From Candidatus Moraniibacteriota bacterium (GTDB lineage: Bacteria > Patescibacteriota > Minisyncoccia > Moranbacterales > UBA1568), in contig CP064989.1 of the NCBI GenBank assembly GCA_016699875.1, positions 848,525 through 912,524 on the forward strand: 64,000 nt of DNA, given 5' to 3'. This document shows positions 56,859 through 64,000 of the stretch, piece by piece (the first letter of the stretch is position 1; each line of letters starts with the position of its first letter). Under the pieces are notes generated by a model. The model saw only the letters and a program-made list of their open reading frames with translations, was not told the origin of the DNA and made no database searches. The position numbers and the translations under genes are program-made.

Positions 56859-58013
56859 ATGACAGCCCGAGACACGAGAGCGGAGGGGAAAATTGCTCAA
56901 AAATCGCTCCAGAGCCGAAAGCAGGTGTTTGCTAAGAAAACAGAGAAATCCTCTCGCAAAGAGGTGATTTCCCGAGGGTTCTATGGAACGGCATTTCACC
57001 GTTTCCTTCATTCCATATCGCCGCGGGCGGTTGCGATTGTTTCGGCTCGCTATGGAGCTGGCGGAAAAGAACCGATGACGCTCGAAGAGATCGGGAAAAC
57101 CTATGGCATTACGCGCGAGCGGATTCGTCAAATTATTTCGGTGCTTCTTGGAAATGTTCGCGCGCGTCGGTACCCGGCATCGCTCGAGGAGGTGTCAAAG
57201 CGCATGGAATCGACGCTCAGTGGCAAAAGTGGTATTATGGAGAGGGAAGAGTTCTTCGACACGATAGCCGGAACGGATGCGAGGGAGCGTGGAGCAGTGC
57301 GGTTTTTTCTTGCGGTGCTATCAGAGCGCTTCCGATCGCTTGAGAGCGCGTCTATGGTTCCCGCTCTGGCGCTTGTTTCTTTTGAATTGGAATTGTGGAT
57401 TGCAGTAAACACGGCGGCGAAATCGGTGCTGGTGGAGAACGGTGCATCGCTTCCCGAAGCGGAGTTTCTGAAGCGAGTCAGTAAGGATTCTTCACTAAAG
57501 GGAATTTCTCAGAAAACAATATTGGATTTTCTTGCTGTATCGGAAGGCTGTCGCAAGAACCCATTTGGTCAGTGGGGACTTCCCGAATGGAGCGATATCT
57601 GCCCGCGAGGAACTCGCGAGCGCGCGTACTTGGTGGTACATGCTGAAGGAAAACCACTTCACTTCCGCGAGATAGCGGCAAAGATTGACCTGTCCGGACT
57701 GCAGAAACCGGGAAAGGTGACGCATCCGCAAACGGTGCACAATGAACTGATCAAAGATAAGCGATTTGTCTTGGTGGGTCGAGGCACATACGCACTCGTC
57801 GAGTGGGGGTTTCGTCGCGGAACCGTTCGCGAAGTGGCGGAGGAGATTCTTCGGGAGCGAGGCGTACCGATGAAACGTGAAGAATTGGTAGCTGAAGTGC
57901 TCAAAGTTCGCGATGTGAAGGCGTCGACGGTGGTAATCAACTTGAATGCATTTTTCGTTCGTACGCCGGAAGGCGCATATTGTCTCAAGGAATCGAAGAG
58001 GAGAGCTAAATAA
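56859..58013 (+). CDS. putative regulator: sigma-70 region 4-like HTH plus C-terminal HARE-HTH-like winged helix
   Basis: ..MTLEEIGKTYGITRERIRQII.. is a sigma70_r4-type HTH. The C-terminal ..FVLVGRGTYALVEWGF.. resembles the HARE-HTH / RpoE-delta-like motif. Internal Met73 was chosen over the table start 56643, whose N-terminus overlaps the divergent gene. Confidence 0.5.
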   Translation: MTARDTRAEGKIAQKSLQSRKQVFAKKTEKSSRKEVISRGFYGTAFHRFLHSISPRAVAIVSARYGAGGKEPMTLEEIGKTYGITRERIRQIISVLLGNVRARRYPASLEEVSKRMESTLSGKSGIMEREEFFDTIAGTDARERGAVRFFLAVLSERFRSLESASMVPALALVSFELELWIAVNTAAKSVLVENGASLPEAEFLKRVSKDSSLKGISQKTILDFLAVSEGCRKNPFGQWGLPEWSDICPRGTRERAYLVVHAEGKPLHFREIAAKIDLSGLQKPGKVTHPQTVHNELIKDKRFVLVGRGTYALVEWGFRRGTVREVAEEILRERGVPMKREELVAEVLKVRDVKASTVVINLNAFFVRTPEGAYCLKESKRRAK

Positions 58014-58070
58014 GAGGGATCTATTGATTCGATTGCGGAATGTCGTTAGGGATTTTCAACGAACTATCCC

Positions 58071-59369
58071 ATGGGCACTATTATACTGCAGAGTTTTTCG
58101 GATATGTCGGAGGCGTTCCTGTCTATTTGGAACGTCATGGGAGAGGTATGGTTTCTGGTGCTTCCGCCATCTCTCTATTTTATCTTCAAGTTTCTCTGGA
58201 TGGACCACATCCAGAATCAATACATAGAGAGTACAAAGACAGTGCTTCTCGAGATTATTCCGCCTCGCGATATCGAAAAGAGTCCCAAGGTGATGGAGAC
58301 GATATTCGATGGTATCGCGGGCGTTGATAAGGGTCCGACGGTCGTTGAGACGTATGTGCAAGGGTATCTCCCGCCGCTTATCAGTCTGGAGATAGTGGGT
58401 GACGGCGTCGATGGTACGCATCTCTACGTGCGGACACCGGTCGTATTTCGCAATCTCATTGAAGCGTATTTCTACGCTCAGTATCCGAATGTTGAAATAA
58501 TGGAGGTGTCTGATTATGTTGATCGGATTCCGAAAGGCGCGCCGAATCGCGATTGGGATCTCTTTGGAGCTGATATCGAATTCACTAAGCCGGATCCCTA
58601 TCCAATCAAAACTTACCACTACTACGAGGAGGATGTTTCGGGGAAAATGATCGATCCGCTCGCGGGGCTGTTTGAAAGTTTTGGTAAGTTGCCGCCGGGG
58701 CAGAAGCTCTGGTTTCAGATGATTATCACACCGCTCAAACCAGACTACTACAATACCGGAAAGGCGCTTCTTGATGAAATTATCGGACGCGCTACCAAGG
58801 TGAAACCGACATCTGTGCTGGGCGATCTCACATCCGGCATCGGAGAAATCGCGACGGCGGTGCCGAAGGCATTCTTTGGTCCGGTGGAATTTGCATCTTC
58901 GAGTGACAAACCGGAGAAAAAAGATTTTCTCGAATACCAGTTGACACCGGTTGAGAAGGAGGTAGTAAAGGCACTTGAAGCGAATATCGGGCGCAATGTG
59001 TTCGGATCCCGCCTTCGCATGATTTATATCGGCAAAAAGAAGGGATTTGACAAATCTTTTGTCTCGGCATTTTTTGGCGGGCTTAAGCAATTCAATGACT
59101 TCAACTTAAACGGATTCAAACCGAACGACGCGTCGAAGACTTACGCGAACTATTTGATGACCGATATTCGTATGCGTTATCGGCAGCGCAAGCTCCTCCG
59201 TCGGTATAAATTCCGCGATCCGGATTCCCCGGTTCCGATGCTGGCGCTGAGTACGGCGGAACTGGCGACGATTTTTCATATTCCTGACATGAACGTTGTG
59301 GCGCCGTCTTTGCCTCGTATTTCGGCGAAGCGGGGTTCTGCTCCGCAGAATTTGCCGATACAATTGTGA
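58071..59369 (+). CDS. membrane protein homologous to the N-terminal (non-ATPase) half of the 40430 T4CP-like protein
   Basis: N-terminal TM VWFLVLPPSLYFIFKFLWM. It shares conserved blocks with 40430..42931: PPLISLEIVG../PPAIVFEVAN.., YPIKTYHYYE..WFQMIITP / LPIRTYESLD..MQIILSP, and LSTAELATIFHIPD..SAPQNLP / LGVEEVASLFHFPI..SAPPPPNIP. Confidence 0.6.
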   Translation: MGTIILQSFSDMSEAFLSIWNVMGEVWFLVLPPSLYFIFKFLWMDHIQNQYIESTKTVLLEIIPPRDIEKSPKVMETIFDGIAGVDKGPTVVETYVQGYLPPLISLEIVGDGVDGTHLYVRTPVVFRNLIEAYFYAQYPNVEIMEVSDYVDRIPKGAPNRDWDLFGADIEFTKPDPYPIKTYHYYEEDVSGKMIDPLAGLFESFGKLPPGQKLWFQMIITPLKPDYYNTGKALLDEIIGRATKVKPTSVLGDLTSGIGEIATAVPKAFFGPVEFASSSDKPEKKDFLEYQLTPVEKEVVKALEANIGRNVFGSRLRMIYIGKKKGFDKSFVSAFFGGLKQFNDFNLNGFKPNDASKTYANYLMTDIRMRYRQRKLLRRYKFRDPDSPVPMLALSTAELATIFHIPDMNVVAPSLPRISAKRGSAPQNLPIQL

Positions 59370-59416
59370 TAATGTCGGTTTTTCTCGGGTGTCCCTCGAC
59401 TTTTTGATGTTCTCCT

Positions 59417-61501
59417 ATGTCTGACAATATTACCTATTTCGCCAAGACGAACTTCCGGAACGAAGATCGGGTTTTCGGTATCAAAGCCGATGATCGTCGT
59501 CGGCATATGTATGTCATTGGGAAAACGGGCATGGGGAAGACTAATATGCTCGAGAATCTGGTTATTCAAGATATTCAACACGGACACGGCGTCGCTTTCA
59601 TTGATCCGCATGGCGATACGGCGGAGAAGCTGATTCGCGCTATTCCGCCGTCGCGCGTCAATGACGTCATTTACTTCAATCCGTCAGATCAGGATTTCCC
59701 GGTAGCATTCAATGTGATGGAACATGTGTCGGCGGAGTACCGGCACCTGGTTGCTTCCGGCTTGGTCGGCGTTTTCAAGAAGATTTGGGCGGACTCTTGG
59801 GGACCGCGCCTCGAGTATATCTTGCGCAATGCGATTTTGGCGCTTCTGGAATATCCGGGGAGCACGCTTTTGGGTGTGATGCGCATCCTGGTTGACAAGG
59901 AGTATCGCAAACGTGTCGTCGACAAGGTGACGGATCCGGTCGTGAAGTCATTTTGGGTTGATGAATATACCAAGTGGAATGACCGCGTGTTGCAGGAAGT
60001 GATTGCACCGATCCAAAACAAAGTCGGGCAATTCCTCTCGAGTTCGCTCATCCGAAATATTGTCGGGCAGACCGTCTCGTCATTCGATGTTCGCGATATC
60101 ATGGACCGTCGGAAGATTCTTATCATGAATCTTTCGAAGGGGCGTATCGGGGAAGACAATAGTGCTCTTATCGGCGCAATGATGATTACCAAGATACAGC
60201 TTGCGGCGATGGGGCGTGTGGACATTCCGGAAGATGATCGCCAGGACTTCTATCTTTATGTTGATGAGTTTCAGAATTTCGCAACGGAGTCATTTGGTAA
60301 TATTCTTTCCGAGGCGCGGAAATATCGGCTGAATTTGATTCTTGCAAACCAGTATATTTTGCAAATCGAAGAATCGGTTCGAGATGCGATCTTTGGCAAT
60401 ACGGGAACGATTATCAGTTTTCGTGTTGGAGCGACTGATGCGGAATTCCTTGAAAAAGAGTTCTCCCCGATTTTCTTGGCAACGGATATTGTAAACTTGG
60501 AAAAGTACCATATCTATCTCAAGCTCATGATTGACGGCATCTCCGGGGATGCTTTCAGTGCGACGACGCTTCCTCCGATCGATCTGCCGGAGAGTGATGA
60601 AAATGCTGAGAAGGTGGTTCGTATTTCTCGGGAGCGGTACGCGGCCAAGAAGCAAGATGTCGAAGATAAAATTCGCCGGTGGACTGGTATCTTGACTGAA
60701 GAGGAGCGGCAGAATTTTGAAGAGCGAATGCGAATGCGCGCCGAAACGACTCTTGCTAAAAAGGCTCCCGTTGAAATCGATGGCTCTCTGTCGACGCCGC
60801 CTTCCTCATCGGTGCGCCAGCAGGAATTCTTCAGGAGCTCTTCTCATGACAACCGATCTACTCCTGATCGAATATCTCGTCATGAATCCCCCTCGCGCAT
60901 ACCAACCGGTCATCCTTATCGGAATTCCGCTCTTCCAAATGAACTGACGATTTCCTCGGATTCGCCGTCTCTAACGGGAACGACGAGCGCTTCCATGCAA
61001 TCAGCTGATCGATTGCGACGAGACCCATCTGAGCATTCGGGAAATGAGATATCATCTCCCAGTTCTCGACCTCTGTACAAATCCGTATGTGCAGTATGTG
61101 GTGTCGAGATTGACGTTCCGTTCAAGCCCGATGGGAAGCGTCCGACATTTTGTCGAGAGCACTTCAAAAGTTTTCAGAAGACGATTGCTCGTACGAGAAC
61201 AGGCGTGGACATGCAGTCCTCCCAAGCATCGCCCGAGAAACGTTCGGAGCATGTGCGGGACGATCATTCCGAGGAAAATCCAGCGTACTCCCGCAGAGAA
61301 GATGCGCCATCGGAAGTGTCGCGCGAACGCCATTCGTTTGCTCCAAAGGCGTATGTCTCGATGGAGACGCCGCTTTCTTTGGGGCAGATGCAATATATCG
61401 CTCCAAAACCTTTTAAGCGTAGCAAGGAGAAAATCGATTTGGGAGAAGTTCGCAGGATTCTTTCGTCCGAACGAACCGCTGATGGCCATTCAGATTCTTA
61501 G
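59417..61501 (+). CDS. type IV coupling protein-like ATPase (VirD4/TraD/TraG family) with S/R-rich C-terminal tail containing a zinc-ribbon-like motif
   Basis: Walker A GKTGMGKT, then FIDPHGD. Walker B-like YVDEFQN. ..ARKYRLNLILANQ.. is present. Beyond about aa 480 the sequence is low-complexity S/P/R-rich. It contains CAVCGVEIDVPFKPDGKRPTFCREHF, a C-x2-C..C-x2-H pattern. Confidence 0.7.
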   Translation: MSDNITYFAKTNFRNEDRVFGIKADDRRRHMYVIGKTGMGKTNMLENLVIQDIQHGHGVAFIDPHGDTAEKLIRAIPPSRVNDVIYFNPSDQDFPVAFNVMEHVSAEYRHLVASGLVGVFKKIWADSWGPRLEYILRNAILALLEYPGSTLLGVMRILVDKEYRKRVVDKVTDPVVKSFWVDEYTKWNDRVLQEVIAPIQNKVGQFLSSSLIRNIVGQTVSSFDVRDIMDRRKILIMNLSKGRIGEDNSALIGAMMITKIQLAAMGRVDIPEDDRQDFYLYVDEFQNFATESFGNILSEARKYRLNLILANQYILQIEESVRDAIFGNTGTIISFRVGATDAEFLEKEFSPIFLATDIVNLEKYHIYLKLMIDGISGDAFSATTLPPIDLPESDENAEKVVRISRERYAAKKQDVEDKIRRWTGILTEEERQNFEERMRMRAETTLAKKAPVEIDGSLSTPPSSSVRQQEFFRSSSHDNRSTPDRISRHESPSRIPTGHPYRNSALPNELTISSDSPSLTGTTSASMQSADRLRRDPSEHSGNEISSPSSRPLYKSVCAVCGVEIDVPFKPDGKRPTFCREHFKSFQKTIARTRTGVDMQSSQASPEKRSEHVRDDHSEENPAYSRREDAPSEVSRERHSFAPKAYVSMETPLSLGQMQYIAPKPFKRSKEKIDLGEVRRILSSERTADGHSDS

Positions 61502-61938
61502 TAAGAACTCTCTAGAGAGAGCCCCTCTTCTATTGGCAAGTCTTCAGGTGGTGATTCGCGAGTATGGTTTTTCGTTGTTTTGTTATTCCGGCTGGAGTAA
61601 TGGGAATGTCGCAGGGTTGAGTTTATCTCAAGAGTAAATTTTGGAGCCGAAAAAGACCAAGACTCGAGTCATGAAGGATTTTTGAGAAGAGAGCTCTCTA
61701 ATGAAATTTTTCAGGTATTTTCGCTCTCGAATTCTTTTGCTATACTAAAGTGCGCTTTCGGGTTTCTTTTGTCTCTCAAGTTTTAGCAGGACTTTTATGA
61801 CGCCGTTCAAAAAACGCTATCGACGTATCTACGCTGCATGGGTGGTGATCTCGATTCTTGCGGTTATATCGATGATATTCTTCCTTATTGCCCCTATCTT
61901 TACGTATCGATAAGTCGTTTGCCTTGAGCCGGTGCGAT

Positions 61939-62346
61939 ATGAAAGGACTGGTGTTTACTCTTCTGTCTGCTTTGGCCGTACTGATTGGTATCGGTGGGAG
62001 TTGTGTGATGGGATATCGGGCCTATAAAGAATCTGAACGAAATCGGGGAATCGCCGAGGAGATCCGTGATTTGCAAGATGAAGCGCGTCGCATTGATCAG
62101 GAAAATCGAAAACTGAATGATCGAATCGAGTATCTTCAGTCGGACACATTCCGCGAACGAGAGGCAAAGCGTGTTCTTGAATATCAGAAGGCGGGGGAGA
62201 AGGTTGTCTTTATACGAGACCGGGTCAGTGCATCAGGGAGCATACCGGACACATCATCACAGAGCGAATCATTCGTGCTTGGCGCATCAAAAGACGCTGA
62301 ACCGAATCCTCTCAAGTGGTGGCGAGAGTTTTTCGGGAAAAGTTAA
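61939..62346 (+). CDS. FtsB/DivIC-like septum formation initiator (TM + coiled coil)
   Basis: MKGLVFTLLSALAVLIGIGGS is a TM segment. It is followed by the coiled coil ..EEIRDLQDEARRIDQENRKLNDRIEYLQSD... Confidence 0.45.
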   Translation: MKGLVFTLLSALAVLIGIGGSCVMGYRAYKESERNRGIAEEIRDLQDEARRIDQENRKLNDRIEYLQSDTFREREAKRVLEYQKAGEKVVFIRDRVSASGSIPDTSSQSESFVLGASKDAEPNPLKWWREFFGKS

Positions 62347-62381
62347 CCGTTTGGAATATATTGCCGCTTATCAAATTGGGT

Positions 62382-63467
62382 ATGTCTCAACCAGTAGCGC
62401 TATCCGGAGATCAGCCGGAATCAAAGAAGAAGCGAGGGGTAATTCGCGTGCGAACGGCGATTTTTGGGTTTCTGATAGGAGGTATTCTTACGTTGCTCAT
62501 AGTGTCTCTTCTGGTAGCCTTTGCTCCGGATGCGTCGGTCGGCATTGCTTTGCGCCGCATATTTCCGTTTCCAGTCGCGATTGCTGACGGCGCTTTTATC
62601 TCTTACGGAGAACTTGATAAAGATCGAGAGTCGGTTCGTCGCTTCTATGAATCTCAGTCGGATGACTTGGCAGAGAAAGGGCTTCGTGTGGACTTTAGTA
62701 CTCCGGATGGAAAGAGTCGTTTGCTGCTTCGGGAGAAAGATATTTTGAATAAACTTGTCGAGGATCGGATCATTCTTTTCTTGGCGCAGAGCAAAGGTAT
62801 TCGTTTTTCTAATGACGATGTGACAGCAAGGGTTGAGGATGCGATTCGTGAACAGGGCGGAAGTCGGGAGAACCTCGAGAGTCGACTCTTGCATTTTTAC
62901 GGATGGAATCTCGAAGAATTTAAAGAGAAAATTGTTGTGCCGTCGCTTTACCGAGATGCGCTCGAGGCGTCATTCTTGAAAGAACGCGATGTTTCGGCAG
63001 CGAAATCGAATATTGAAAAAGCTGATTCGGAACTGAAGAATGGGGTGCAGTTTGACAGGGTGGCGGAAGAATTGTCAGAAGGTGATTCCAAGAAGAACGG
63101 CGGTGATCTTGGTTGGGTAGATATCGATTCGTTAGTTCCGGAACTTCAGGAGGTGGCGCGAACTCAAGAGATCGGCGCGGTAAGCTCGATACTTGAAAGT
63201 ACGCTTGGATTTCATATCGTAACTGTTGCGGACAGGAAGACGGAATCCGGAAAAGAGATGGTTCGGATGCGGCAGATATTTACTCGAAAGCCCTCGTTTC
63301 CGGAGTGGCTTGCTGACAAAAAGCGCGAAGCGGTTGTCTTTGTTCTTCCTCGTCGATATCTCTGGGATTCGAAAAGTGGCAGTGTCGCTTTTCGGGACGA
63401 GTCAATGCGTACTTTTGAAAAGAATGCGCTTCAACAATCCGAAGGCGACCCGTCACTTGTCTTTTAA
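62382..63467 (+). CDS. PpiC-type peptidyl-prolyl cis-trans isomerase (parvulin; SurA/PrsA-like), N-terminally membrane-anchored
   Basis: N-terminal TM AIFGFLIGGILTLLIVSLLVAF. The parvulin domain is ..DSKKNGGDLGWVDIDSLVPELQEV..STLGFHIVTVADRK... The start was chosen at Met23 of table ORF 62316..63467. Confidence 0.65.
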   Translation: MSQPVALSGDQPESKKKRGVIRVRTAIFGFLIGGILTLLIVSLLVAFAPDASVGIALRRIFPFPVAIADGAFISYGELDKDRESVRRFYESQSDDLAEKGLRVDFSTPDGKSRLLLREKDILNKLVEDRIILFLAQSKGIRFSNDDVTARVEDAIREQGGSRENLESRLLHFYGWNLEEFKEKIVVPSLYRDALEASFLKERDVSAAKSNIEKADSELKNGVQFDRVAEELSEGDSKKNGGDLGWVDIDSLVPELQEVARTQEIGAVSSILESTLGFHIVTVADRKTESGKEMVRMRQIFTRKPSFPEWLADKKREAVVFVLPRRYLWDSKSGSVAFRDESMRTFEKNALQQSEGDPSLVF

Positions 63468-63511
63468 GGCTGAATCGATTTTTCTCAGGTGTAATTTCGT
63501 ATATCCTTCGT

Positions 63512-64000
63512 ATGGAAACAACGGATACAACTGTTCCGGTGACGGAACGATCGGATGTGTCTCCCCGGAAGACATGTCATCATGGGGGCGCATCGTTTCT
63601 TCTGGCAAGTTTTCTCTTCGGTGTTTTTGGCGGTATTCTCGGCTGGTGGGTCGGACCACGCCTCGCGAGTGACTTGAAACTTCCCATTTCTCCTGCCTTA
63701 TTGGAGATGACAAAAAACGCAAAAGATTCAGGCGGACAAGGGGCATCGTCTTCATTGCCGGCGTCAGTGTCGTCGGAAGAGTCGCTTCTGGTCTCTCTGG
63801 TAGAGAAAAGCACTCCGGGTGTTGTAAGCGTTGTTATTTCAAAAGATGTTCCCAAATACAGGAGCTTTTTTGATGACCCGAATTTTCCCTCGTTTTTCTT
63901 TGGTCGTCCGTTTGGGAATAATTCAAATTCCGATTCAGGGGAGACTGAAAAACAGACGGTTGGCGAAGGATCGGGTTTCTTCGTATCTTCGGATGGAACT
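63512..64000 (+). CDS. HtrA/DegP-like trypsin-family serine protease (S1C), N-terminal fragment continuing beyond the window
   Basis: The reading frame is open to the window end. It encodes a TM/signal segment (ASFLLASFLFGVFGGILGWWVG) and ..QTVGEGSGFFVSSDGT.., the start of the S1C catalytic domain. The start coordinate is approximate. Confidence 0.5.
   Translation, partial: METTDTTVPVTERSDVSPRKTCHHGGASFLLASFLFGVFGGILGWWVGPRLASDLKLPISPALLEMTKNAKDSGGQGASSSLPASVSSEESLLVSLVEKSTPGVVSVVISKDVPKYRSFFDDPNFPSFFFGRPFGNNSNSDSGETEKQTVGEGSGFFVSSDGT

Noticed and set aside
58056-59090. 344-aa minus-strand ORF
   Set aside because: It is antisense to the T4CP N-domain gene, which is validated by paralogy with the 40430 protein.

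Overview
This 64-kb window reads as a compact bacterial chromosome segment with tightly packed, often overlapping genes. The gene content suggests, by inference only, a CPR/Patescibacteria-like (or similar reduced) genome. It carries housekeeping genes: an ABC substrate-binding protein fragment, PGI/PMI, tRNA-Leu(CAG), RNase J, MgtA, Dus, a mini-MGMT protein, UvrA, YvcK and a shortened UvrC. A complete type IV pilus locus follows: a receiver regulator, PilB, a PilC fused to an SH3b domain, four minor pilin-like genes, and two tandem major-pilin paralogs that share a conserved 180-nt 5' block. Downstream sit a HAMP-only membrane protein, an FNR-like oxidoreductase, a PAS histidine kinase and a receiver, then murA and mreB. 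A large glycosylation island follows with four GT4 enzymes, two GT39/83-like GT-C enzymes, a GT2 polyprenyl-phosphate glycosyltransferase, a Wzx flippase, a UDP-sugar dehydrogenase and a 666-aa polytopic membrane protein. Cell-division and replication genes (holB, FtsQ-like, FtsB-like), tmk, rtcB, a PpiC rotamase and an HtrA-like fragment are also present. One complete but frameshifted IS5-family insertion sequence has perfect terminal repeats and a TTA target duplication. The most unusual content is two paralogous type IV coupling protein (VirD4/TraD)-like ATPase modules, one encoded as a single fused 833-aa protein and one split into two adjacent genes. The fused copy sits after an 1100-aa membrane protein and three small acidic or coiled-coil proteins. 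The split copy sits after a promoter-equipped sigma-70-region-4/HARE-HTH-like regulator. No relaxase or VirB4 is nearby, so this may be an undescribed membrane ATPase system. All functional calls rest on motif and family recognition by eye. Coordinates of non-ORF features were counted by hand and may be off by a base or two.
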